A stretch of DNA of 63,502 nucleotides, the filler included, from Pelomyxa schiedti (Eukaryota; Protista; Evosea): NCBI GenBank assembly GCA_020536535.1. It is 8 parts of 8 records of this genome, joined end to end, with 100 filler letters (N's around TTAATTAATTAA, not from the genome) between each part and the next. Parts side by side here need not be neighbours in the genome. Positions count along the whole stretch, not along the records: positions 19,666 to 30,215 come from JAHLWZ010000786.1; positions 30,316 to 40,405 come from JAHLWZ010000479.1; 6 more parts are not named here. One strand, 5' to 3'. The notes under the pieces were generated by a model, which saw nothing but the letters and a program-made list of their open reading frames with translations, made no database searches and was not told the origin of the DNA. The first letter of the stretch is position 1. Each line of letters opens with the position of its first letter. Shown in pieces: positions 22,334 to 32,791 of this stretch. Position numbers and translations under genes: made by a program.

Positions 22334-24605
22334 CTAAGAAGTGAGTGAGTGGATGGCACCAGCAGCACCCAGCCTGGCTGGCTTATCAGGGTTCATCATC
22401 CCAATCATCACAGTCTCAAGAAGCACTGGTTGCCCGTTTTCATTGGTCCCGGTGTTGTTCTGGCACCTCCTTCTTTTCGCTGATGGTGATGATGATGAAA
22501 ACAAGGGGACTGGAAAGTCACTGAGAAGGGACTGGGTGTTGAATGAACTCATGTCGTGGTTGCCAATGAACTTGTGGTCAGGTGGCAGAAGAGCATTCCA
22601 GAAAGTGAGAGCGAGGGCAAAGGAGTCACACTTTGAGAATGAGAACACACCACTGGTTCCCCTTGCAATCGTCTTGAGGAAGGTGCTCAGCTCTGGAGGC
22701 ATCGTGCCCCTGTTGCCCCATGCCTGTGACGTGGCAGTCACTATCATCTCCATGTTTGGGCAGTGGAGTGCCTCACCAAAGTCGATCAGTGTCAGTTTGC
22801 CAGTCTCTGGGTCAACAAGAATGTTGTCTCCCTTGATGTCCCTGCGTTTGAAAGAGGGTTGTGATGGGTTGGGTTGAGAAGGGTGGAGAACACAAACCTG
22901 TGAACAACAAAATGTGACTCAATGTGGAGGATGGCCTTGAGTCCCTGAACAAACATATTCTGTGCAACTTGGACTGTCATACAGTTGCTGTGGGAAGAGA
23001 GGAATAATGACAGTGTGATCCCACAATGGGGCATGAGAATGGCCAAAGACTTGTTGTTGCACAGTTGTCGATAAAATGGTTGATCACTTGGTATTTTCTC
23101 GGCAAATTCTGCTGGAAGGCTGTGTAAACAGTCATTACTTGTTGAGTTATTTGTTGACTTGGTTGAGAAGAAATGCATGTGAAAAATAAATACCAAGGGA
23201 TGACCAAAGCACCAAGAGGGTGGATCACATTTGGGTGATTTGGAACCAATGAGAGCGCAACACATTCAACCATGTATTTCTGCCTCACGAGTGTCTGCCG
23301 TGGTGTGTTCTCCCAGTTGAAAACCACCTTCATCACCATCTCTGTGGTTATTGTTGTTCTTTTTGCTGAGGTTGAGGATTGAGCTGAGGCTGTTGTTGAA
23401 GTAGCACTCATTTGGTTGTTGGTGCTGTGGTTGTTGAACATTGTGGCACGGTATTGCACATGGAACGCAGCAGCATTGGAACCTGTGCCAAGCAGTTTAA
23501 TCACCCCAAAATCATCAATAGTGGCTGAAATCAGTGATGTCATTGTGTTCACAATTGTCTGATTCATGGCAGGGGTTTTTTGAGTGACTTGTGTGTGTTG
23601 TAAAGAGAGGAAGGAAAACCTTGTATCTTTCCACTTCTTCTGTGAGGCTTTCTGCATCAGTTTGTTGTTCACAGAGAGCTGCCTCTGTTTCCTTGTTGTG
23701 TTTTCACAGGGTGGAGTGAAGAAATTTTAGTCCAGTCGATGAAGTCAAATGAAGAGTTTCACCTTGTAACCTGCTTTGAGAACAGAGTTCTCCCCCTCGA
23801 GTGTCTGGATCCTCTTCTCTTTTTCTTGCAGTTTTCCTTCCAGAACCAGCACCCTCTCATTCATTTCCCTCAATGAATCTCCAAGCCTCTTGTTCTCCAT
23901 TGTGATTCTTGCAATTTCTCTCTCTTTCTCACTCATCTCCAACTCCAATGTGCCGCCATTCTTTGGTGTTACTGTGGTTGGCTTTGAGTATCGTACCATT
24001 CTGGTGTGGTGATCCATCAAGAGGTTGCAGATATCAGTGCGTTTCCTTCTTGTTGCCACATCCAGTGGTGTTTCACCTTCACTGCTTCTGCAGTTTGTGT
24101 CAATTCCGTTGACTTGGAGCAGAACCTTCACTCCTTCCACGAATCCATATTCACAAGCCACGTGCAGTGCTGTTTGACCATTCAGAGCTGTTTGCATGAC
24201 CAAGTTGGCATCCACACGTGGGCACTCAAGCAGCGCCACTACAGCACCCAGATGTTGCCGGGCACAAGCCAGGACCAGTGGGCCTGCCTTGTTCACGTCC
24301 ACATTGGGTCTTGCCACCAGCATCCTCACCACTGCCTCGTTGCCCTCACAAGCAGTGAGACACAGTGGCGTCAGGCCATCACCGTCGGTTTTGTTTGGGT
24401 CGATTGGGGGGTTGCGTGATGCACCCACCACATCAAGGAGCTGCCCAACAAGCGACTCGTGCCCGAACAGGCACGCAATGTGAAGCATGGTCATACCGCG
24501 GAAGATTGGAGTGTTGATGTCCCATGCGGGTGACGGCAACTCGGGCATGGTGCCACCCCGGCACCCAGCCAACATGGCCTCGTACTGATACGGTGGTGTC
24601 ATCAT
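22334..24605 (-). CDS. Ankyrin repeats + coiled coil + PINK1-like kinase, copy B (convergent with copy A)
   Basis: ORF 23745..24614 carries the ankyrin and coiled coil. Kinase exons LGTGSNAAAF, MVMKVVFNWENT, HPNVIHPL, HR|DIKGDNILVD, LIDFGEA, WGNRGTMPPE; the intron splitting HRD is shared with copy A. Confidence 0.85.
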
Positions 24606-26006
24606 CCCAAACAATCAACAAACTTTGAAAACCAAAATGAGAGACAACGACACATCGGACGGATCCTGGTTGTGGTGTTTGCTTTGGTGCCGCAACCACA
24701 TCGGTCACAAACACCGAAAGCGTCGCCGCTGCGGCCGCGGTGGTTGTCGAGCCGTGGTGTCACCAACCACAACCACAGCAGCATCACGGCAATAACTCCT
24801 CAACTCAAGACATCGATGTGGGTGGGTCGTTGGTGGTGGGCCCCCCGGGTGCGCCGCCGCCGCCCGAGTCGACGTCGGCCCACCGAGCGATGCCGCTGAT
24901 GCCTCGTGTCCCAGCTCGCCTCCACCGGCGGCAGTGTTGTTACCAACACACACTTCCCTACTTTGGGTTGATACATTTTTATTCAGCAGTATGTTTCCAT
25001 TTCTCTTCTCCTTTTTCGATTCTCACATTTGAAAACCAGGTGGTGGTTGTAGACGTCAGCAGAATGCCTGCGGCTCAGCTCCATTCCACTGGTATTCCTC
25101 TTCTTTGAGGTCCCCCCCAATCTTCTCACCTCCCTCTCTCTAGGTCCTTTTCCACATTCACACTGTATGCACATGGGAGTGTTGGCATTGGGGCCCTCTG
25201 ACTTTCAGCAGCTCAGCCAGCCACTGGTATGGTTTCTTATTTCTTCTTTTTCTCGTTTCACCTTGTACAGTTGGTGGTGGACTTGCCATGACAGCCTGTC
25301 ACCATGGTAAATCCCCCTCTCCCTTTTCATTGTCACCCCAAACTTAAACATAATTGCCTCACCTCCCATCCCAGATTTTTTTTTTCTTTTCCCGCATGCA
25401 GCCTGTGTTGAAATGGGTCTTCTGTTTCCAGCACCTTGTGGTGCTGGTGTGTGACTCCTCCTTTTCTGCGGCATCCAAGACAGACTTGAACTGCAGGCAC
25501 TTCTCTGTTTTTCTTTTTCGATTTCTCACACTTGAGACCAGGTGTAGCAGCAACTTGCCGGCTTCTGAGAGGAAAGTTTAAGTACATTTATACCTGATCA
25601 ACAACGAACCCGTCATCGCAATGACAGCGGCACTGTCCTATAAGCAGATCGATAAGTCGGACAACTTCTGGGAATTCAATGGCACATGACGCTGTGCTGT
25701 GCGTCCACTGAATACTTGGAATTCATGGGAGACAGGGCTTATAAGCGACACCACTTTCACCACAAACTCCTCAAGATCAAATCAAATAAATAAACACTTT
25801 GTTCCCTCACGGGGAGTGACTTTTGAGGGCTGCCTCTGTGATTCCCTTTTTTCGGGAAGTCATCACTCCCCGTCGGGGACAATGGTAGTGATCGCGGCAA
25901 CACACGGAGTGACATCTTCTGAACTGCTCCGCTTTTTTTCGGCTAAATCATAAGGGACAGAAAGCAGTGACACGCAGTGTTCGGTCCTAACAAACCCACC
26001 ACCGCG

Positions 26007-27270
26007 ATGACAACGCCGTATAAGGAGCAGTACGAGGCCATGCGCGATGCGTGCGAGCGTGGTGACATGCCCGAGTTGCCGCCATCACCCACATGGAACA
26101 TCAACACACCTATCAATGGTGCGACCATGCTTCACATCGCGTGCTTTCACGGGCACGAGTCGCTTGTTGGGCAGCTCCTTGGTGTGGGTTCATCGCGCAA
26201 CCCCCCGATCGACCCAAACACACCCGACTGTTTCGGTCTAACGCCACTGTTGTACGCTGTTTGGCAGGGCAAGGAGGCAGTGGTGAGGATGTTGGTGGCA
26301 AGACCAGATGTGGATGTGAACAAGGGGTTCCCGCTGGCCGTTGGATGTTGGTGGCGCCGCATGGGTGTTGTGGTGGCGTTGCTTGAGTGCCCACGTGTGG
26401 ATGTCAACTTGGTGGCACGAACATCAGGATTTTTCCTGCCTCTTAATGGTCAAACAGCACTGCACGTGGCCTGTGAATATGGCTTCGTGGAAGGCGTGAA
26501 GGTTCTGCTCCAAGTCAATGGAATTCACTCAAACCGCAAAAACCACAAAGGGGAAACACCACTTAATGTGGCAACAAGAAGGCACTGCACTGATATCTGC
26601 AACCTCTTGAAGGATCGCAATGCGAGCATTGTACAATCCTCAAGGTCTACCCCATCGCCACGACCACGAGCACCTGAAGCAAAAACCATGGCAGAAACGG
26701 CTCCAACCATCACCACACAGACCAGAGATGTGCCCATCACCATCGACACACCAAAAACCAGCAGCACATTGGAAGTTGAGATGAGAGAGAAAGAGACAAG
26801 AATCGAGGTGGAGAACAAGCTGCTCAGAGAATCATTGAGGGAAATGAATGAGAGGGTGTTGATTCTGGAAGAGAAACTGCAAGAAAAGGAGAAGAGGATC
26901 CTGACACTTGAGGAGGAGAACTCTGTTCTCAAAGCATTCTACCAGGTGCTATGGCTCTGTTCCGCCCCAAGCGCTTCAACTGAGTAAAATTTCTCAACTC
27001 ACAACAACAAACACAACAACAAACCAAAAACAGGAGAGAGCAGAGACAATGACATCGTTGGTTGGAGCAAACATTGACTCATTCACAATGACGAAATTCC
27101 TCGGTTCAGGCTCAAACGCAGCAACATTCCAGGTGAAATTTTTCCCCAGAGGGGGAGGATGCAGCAGTGTGCCACAGTCACACCTTCAACCTTCTTCTCC
27201 ATCCACCACACAACCTCTGGACAACAACAACACCCCAAGTGATGAAAACAACTCACCACCAACGACCATG
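26007..27270 (+). pseudogene. Ankyrin/coiled-coil/kinase copy C, kinase truncated just after the Gly-rich loop
   Basis: Closely matches 19893-21055, but homology stops abruptly at ~27270, before the catalytic Lys (MAMK); unrelated sequence follows. Confidence 0.75.
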
Positions 27271-27272
27271 TG

Positions 27273-27473
27273 TGTGATTCTGTAGAATACACAAGCAAAC
27301 TCTCTGCGAGCACGAGCACGAACACCGAGACTGAGAGACTGACCTGCTGAGTCAGCACTCGGACCTGACATCTTAGGAAATCAAGTTCGTGGAAATCTAC
27401 CTGATCGTTCACCTCGATTTCAAGTCGTTTTCGAGTCCTTATAAGCCCGACACACTCCGACCTTAGAATCACA
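27273..27473. mobile_element. Putative LTR (TG...CA, 9-bp terminal inverted repeat) at the truncation point of kinase copy C
   Basis: TGTGATTCT (27273-27281) and AGAATCACA (27465-27473); internal TTATAA; G-rich tract (gtggggattagg) immediately 5' of it on the minus strand; no TSD around the 201-bp unit. Confidence 0.45.
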
Positions 27474-28786
27474 ACCTAATCCCCACAAATCAAATCAAAA
27501 CAAAACAGAACAAATAATAGAATCCTTTCTTGATCTCGTTCTTGTTCTCTGCCTTGCCGTCACACAACGAACTACACATCCCACAGAAGCACACATTTTG
27601 GTGGAGGTGCGGGGTGTTGATTCTCGAGCACTACAACAACAGCAACCACGAATACATGCACTACAACGACGAGATTCATGCACAACAAGCACTAGTACCT
27701 CACTGAGAATTCAGACCTTCAAGCTGAACTCTGAGCTCCACAGCACATTGTTCAAGCACAACATGCTCTTGTACCAGCACTACATGATCTCCAAGATCGC
27801 GTCTTGCACTCAACATCACATGACGAGACCGCGTTCAAGCACGACATCCAACCACGTGGATTGCTGATCGTTGCATTCTACCAACGAAGACTACATCATC
27901 ACCTTCACGCTCTATCGTGCACCGTACTTCATCGCCGACACGCCGCACGTCTGGAACAACTTCTCGGACATCACCATCGCCGCAACGCGAGCACTACTAC
28001 AACACATACACCGTTTGCGCACAGTTGACATCGGCATCGTTGTCACTTCTGTACCGCGTCATCTTCATCACTGAAGCGATCACAAAAAAAGAATTTCGTT
28101 CGAAGAAAGCATCAGTTCTATTAATCTGAAATCTCTTGCGACATCATGGCATGCGGAGATACCGGCATAGTGACGAGAGAGAATCCGGCATAGTGGAATT
28201 GTGATCGCACTGCAAAGTGATAATGCGGAAATCGCGTTCTCAACCGGCATTTTCGAGGATATTACCGGCACTGAAGCGGACATTTCCGGCACTGGCAGCA
28301 TGCATCCTGCAACATGATTAGCACAGAAATGACGGGAATCATGCATACAACATCCAGCAAACGTTCTTGCAAATGCGGGAATGCTAGATATGCAGAATCA
28401 AAGTTCAGAAATCGTAAAAGCTATGTAGAATCATTACCACTCTATTTATTCATTTCGGTTGTATTTATTGGTTTATTGGCTTGTATTTGCGTTATGTTAA
28501 GCATCTAATGCTATTAGGATTATTGAATTTCACTCTATGACATAGAAATTTTCGAAATAGTCATTGTAAACATTATTTGAATGAGGAATACATACCCAAT
28601 GTTTTGGTTGCACTCTGTCTGTGCATATGGATCAGCTACAAAGCTACGTATCAATTTCCACTCTCAGAATTGTCATAAAATCGGTTNNNNNNNNNNNNNN
28701 NNNNNNNNNNNNNNNNNNNNNNNNNNNNNNNNNNNNNNNNNNNNNNNNNNNNNNNNNNNNNNNNNNNNNNNNNNNNNNNNNNNNNN

Positions 28787-29130
28787 GTGGAGTGCCTCAC
28801 CAAAGTCGATCAGTGTCAGTTTGCCAGTCTCTGGGTCAACAAGAATGTTGTCTCCCTTGATGTCCCTGCGTTTGAAAGAGGGTTGTGATGGGTTGGGTTG
28901 AGAAGGGCGGAGAACACAAACCTGTGAACAACAAAATGTGACTCAATGTGGAGGATGGCCTTGAGTCCCTGAACAAACAGATTCTGTGCAAAGTTGCTGT
29001 GGGAAGAGAGGAACGATGACAGTGTGATCCCACAATGGGGCATGAGAATGGCCAAAGACTTGTTGTTGCACAGTTGTCGATAAAATGGTTGATCACTTGG
29101 TATTTTCTCGGCAAATTCTGCTGGAAGGCT
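28787..29130 (-). pseudogene. Kinase fragment nearly identical to 22762-23120 (copy B), 5'-truncated
   Basis: Direct match with a small internal deletion (SHSNFAQNLFVQ vs SHSNCMTVQVAQNMFVQ); homology ends at ~29130. Confidence 0.7.
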
Positions 29131-29205
29131 GATGAGGATTATCATCTTCACCTAACAACCAGTGATACGGTTACAGATCTTGAAGTCCGATCAAACAACA
29201 AACCC

Positions 29206-29838
29206 ATGTCAAGGCCACCGTCTCAGAATCAGTACGAGGCCATGCGCGATGCGTGCGGGCGTGGCATCATGCCCGAGTTTCCGTCGCCCACGTGGGACAT
29301 CAACACCCCCATCTACGATGGCGACGGTTGGACCATGCTTCACTACGCGTGCGCGTTAGGGCACGAGCCGCTCTTGCGGGAGCTCCTCCGCGTCGGTGCA
29401 TCGCGCGACCCCCGGATCGACCCGAACGTCACAACCGCCATGTGTCGTCAGACGCCACTGTGCCTCGCGGCTTGGCACGGCCACGACGCATTGGTGAGGG
29501 TGCTGGTGGCGAGATCCGACGTGGATGTGAACAAGGGGTGCCCGCTGGTCGGGGCATGCGTGGGGCGCTGGATGGGTGCCGTTGTGGCGCTGCTTGAGTG
29601 CCCGCGGGTGGACGTCAACTTGGCGGGGGAAGCAACGGGTTTCCCGGAGCTCGTTGGCGTCACGGCGCTGCACGTGGCTTGTGAGGGGAGACACGAGGAA
29701 GGGGTGAAGGCTCTGCTCCGAGTCAAGGGAATCGACACACACTGCAAGACCAGAAAAGGTGAAACGGCACTCGATTTGGCAACAAGAGTCAACAGCACTG
29801 ACATCTGCAACCTCTTGAAGGATCACGCCAGAATATAA
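29206..29838 (+). CDS. Ankyrin-only paralog of the Ank-kinase family (no coiled coil or kinase)
   Basis: MSRPPSQNQYEAMRDACGRG..., WTMLHYACALGH, QTPLCLAAWHGH, VTALHVACEGRH, GETALDLA; stop after LLKDHARI. Confidence 0.8.
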   Translation: MSRPPSQNQYEAMRDACGRGIMPEFPSPTWDINTPIYDGDGWTMLHYACALGHEPLLRELLRVGASRDPRIDPNVTTAMCRQTPLCLAAWHGHDALVRVLVARSDVDVNKGCPLVGACVGRWMGAVVALLECPRVDVNLAGEATGFPELVGVTALHVACEGRHEEGVKALLRVKGIDTHCKTRKGETALDLATRVNSTDICNLLKDHARI

Positions 29839-29849
29839 AAAATTTGAGT

Positions 29850-30129
29850 TTTTGTTGATGATTTCTTCAACATAAGCAGGAGAACTCTCGAACTGAGGAG
29901 AGTTCCGGTTCGTTTCCATTTCCTCCACCTCAAGGAGCCGCCCAACAACCCACTCGTGCCCCTTCATGCACGCTAAGCGGTAAATATCCTGTGAGTTGCC
30001 GGGAACGTTGTTGCCCGTGATGACAGTGCTGTTGTCAGTTTCATGGAAATCGGGATGAACCACAGTCACCCTGGCGTGCCAGGGTACCCACTCAAAACAA
30101 TCAGATGGATCGATAGACAACAATGTCAT
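29850..30129 (-). pseudogene. Short ORF segment with a single ankyrin-like motif
   Basis: LACMKGHEWVVGRLL; the rest of the long ORF is antisense shadow of the ankyrin gene. Confidence 0.3.
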
Positions 30130-30315
30130 TAGCAGGCCCCAGGGTTTTCTGCTCAGAGGGATGCGTATTTTCAGAGTTATTTGAGCTCCAAGTAAGAAAG
30201 AAATAAAATTCCGACNNNNNNNNNNNNNNNNNNNNNNNNNNNNNNNNNNNNNNNNNNNNTTAATTAATTAANNNNNNNNNNNNNNNNNNNNNNNNNNNNN
30301 NNNNNNNNNNNNNNN

Positions 30316-30767
30316 TAACACCCACAGAGGTATTACCTTGATGGTGTTGCACGCAAGGAATGTCCTCCAACAGTTGAGGACACCCGACCACTTGTCTGCT
30401 GGGTTGTGGTTGACACTGTTGGTTGTGTTGCCACTTCAGTCATCTCCAATGATTCATTTGACTCACACTGAGATGTTTGGGACTGTTGCCGATGCCTTTT
30501 CGACATGTCCGCCTTGTTTGAGGAGGGATATTTGTTTTTTTCACAGAAATCAGACCATCAAAACTTTTCCCTCAGTGAAACCTTCGCCCCACCAGGGGTG
30601 AACACTTTGGCTCACTCAGTAAGGTGTTTGTCTACCACGTGGACCTTTGAGCTTGTTGTTTGGAAGAGGTTGGTTACCCCCAAAACCTTCGCCCCTGGGC
30701 GAAGGTTTTGAGAGGAAAAAAAGCTTCGCCCCATAGGCGAAGAAAAAAGGGCTCAATTAACCATCCC
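30316..30767 (-). mobile_element. Possible DNA-transposon end with subterminal palindromes and the first exon of an unknown gene (ATG 30506)
   Basis: Three related hairpins (30583-30602, 30681-30710, 30724-30742); sharp junction with a 5'-truncated TSFLW gene at ~30768; minus-strand exon MSKRHRQQSQ...TPSR followed by a GT donor. Confidence 0.35.
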
Positions 30768-31131
30768 GAGCTTGGTGTATGCAGTCCAGGCAAATGGGGA
30801 CACAACACAGATTTACTCTGAAATTGGAGCAGGAGTTCTGACACAAGTGAGTGGATCACTGTTCAGCATTCACCACAAGAGCGCAGAGGTGTTGGATATC
30901 TGGGATTGCAGTGACACATCCCCTTCAGCAACAAGGAAGCCGTTGAGGAGAATCAGCCAAGTGAAGAATGGCGAGGTGATTTCAGGAGGTGGGCTCATGT
31001 TCCATGCAACACACAAGAAGCAACTTCAAGTGATTGATGGGGCATCAGGGCACTGTGCAGCAACAATTGAGTTCCTTCCACCTGGTTGGGTTCTCAAATC
31101 ACTCTCCCAAGCAACCTCTTTCTTGTGGTGA
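30768..31131 (+). pseudogene. 5'-truncated TSFLW-family gene (C-terminal ~120 aa)
   Basis: Highly similar to 32307-32675; the N-terminal three quarters are missing. Confidence 0.75.
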
Positions 31132-31322
31132 TGAAGGTAAATTTTCTTTTTTTCAATCTGTACCGGAATCTGGATCAATCAATAACCAATGAGTCCTTGG
31201 CAATCATCGTTCCAATGACTCCCCACAATCAATCACAACGTACACATCCACCGATTCTTTGGTATCAGGCACCGTTTCCGGTCGGGTTTCACCGAACATC
31301 CACCTACTGCTTTTTTTTCGAG

Positions 31323-32675
31323 ATGGATGATGCGCCGCTACAAGAACAACGACAACCACAAGTTTGGCAGGGGGAAATTCGCGTGGTTCAAGGGGTGTGG
31401 GCCGCAGACCAATTGGCCACCTTGGCCCTCGCCAGCCACTCGCCCCGCTGCGGCGCCAACTCCCCAGCTCGCGCCCTGGGCCCCCACCTCTTAAAGCAAC
31501 TGTGGGACTCGTGCGTCCTCGCCTGCCTGCGTTCCGTCGTCCTGGACGTCTCAGTCCGCTCCGCAGATCAGCCCTCCATCCTCGGGCGGTGGAGCCTCGT
31601 CGTGAGGCTCCGCGTGTCCCCGCTGCTGCTGGGGCTCGTCGGCCCAGTGCATGTCGCCCACAGGGAGACCCAAATGGGCCGCCACACCATCGACCACTGC
31701 CAGTGGCTGGACGAGACGCTGTGCTGCGAGGAGCGGAGCACCACGAGCTGGCGGGACGCGGTGGTGGCACGGCGCACGGGGCCGCGGGGCCTGGCGTGGC
31801 GCGGGAGCGAGAGGTGTCTGATACCGCACAAGAACCACATGGACGTGTACGTTGCGAACCGGGAGTGGATGATGCAGAGGACGCACGACGGCGTGGGATA
31901 CTCGGTGATTGTGAGGAGCCTCGGGGGTGTTGGTGTCTGTGATGGCGACGGCCGCGAGGAGGGGAGTGGCGGCGGTGGTGGCGGCGGCGAGGCAGAGGCG
32001 GTTGTGGTACAGCTCCCTGTGTATAGGTACTTTGGAAGGTTGTTCAAATTCAGCAAGGCGATTCCATCGCAGGCGGTGATGGTCGCGGATGCTGGTGAGG
32101 AGCCTGGAATAGCGCTCGTGGTGTTTGATGTTGCCAAAACATATGCCACAAGGACCTTGCAAGTGGTGAGCACGACGCGGTGTGGTGCAGTGACACCAGA
32201 GTGGCTGAACGACTTCTGCATGGGTGATATTCTTGTGATGCGAAACAGAGCTGGTGACACCGTGTTCGTTTTTGAGGCCACTTCACTGACCCAATTAACC
32301 ACGCAGAGCGTCGTGTATGCCGTCCAGGCAAATGGGGACACAACACAGATTTACTCTGAAATTGGAGCAGGAGTTCTGACACAAGTGAGTGGATCACTGT
32401 TCAGCATTTACCACAAGAGAACACAAGTGTTGGATATCTGGGATTGCAGTGACACTTCCCCTTCAGCAGCAACAACAAGGAAGCCTTTGTGGAGCATCAA
32501 ACAGGTCAAGAATTACAAGGTGATTTCAGGAGGTGGGCTCATGTTTCTGGCCACACACAAGAAGCAACTTCAAGTGATCGATGGGGCATCAGGGCACTGT
32601 GCAGCGACAATTGAATTCCTGGCCCCTGGTTGGGTTCTCAAATCACTCTCCCAAGGAACCTCTTTCTTGTGGTGA
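31323..32675 (+). CDS. Lineage-specific TSFLW-family protein (~450 aa, intronless, beta-rich)
   Basis: MDDAPLQ...IRVVQGVWAADQLATLALASHSPRCGANSPARAL; VVFDVAKTY, LDIWDCSD, LQVIDGASG; ends TSFLW. Confidence 0.8.
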   Translation: MDDAPLQEQRQPQVWQGEIRVVQGVWAADQLATLALASHSPRCGANSPARALGPHLLKQLWDSCVLACLRSVVLDVSVRSADQPSILGRWSLVVRLRVSPLLLGLVGPVHVAHRETQMGRHTIDHCQWLDETLCCEERSTTSWRDAVVARRTGPRGLAWRGSERCLIPHKNHMDVYVANREWMMQRTHDGVGYSVIVRSLGGVGVCDGDGREEGSGGGGGGGEAEAVVVQLPVYRYFGRLFKFSKAIPSQAVMVADAGEEPGIALVVFDVAKTYATRTLQVVSTTRCGAVTPEWLNDFCMGDILVMRNRAGDTVFVFEATSLTQLTTQSVVYAVQANGDTTQIYSEIGAGVLTQVSGSLFSIYHKRTQVLDIWDCSDTSPSAATTRKPLWSIKQVKNYKVISGGGLMFLATHKKQLQVIDGASGHCAATIEFLAPGWVLKSLSQGTSFLW

Positions 32676-32791
32676 TGAAGGTAAATTTGCCCAAAGCAAT
32701 CATACTTTTTTTGTGTTGCTGCTTGACACTGGTTTCAATTCCGTTGATCTTCTGCTTCACTGAAAAAGAATTCAGAGAAAACAAGACATTG

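Noticed and set aside
24740-25590. Possible spliced gene between the divergent ankyrin genes
   Set aside because: Splice-like signals are present, but I could not build a coherent ORF or recognise a domain.
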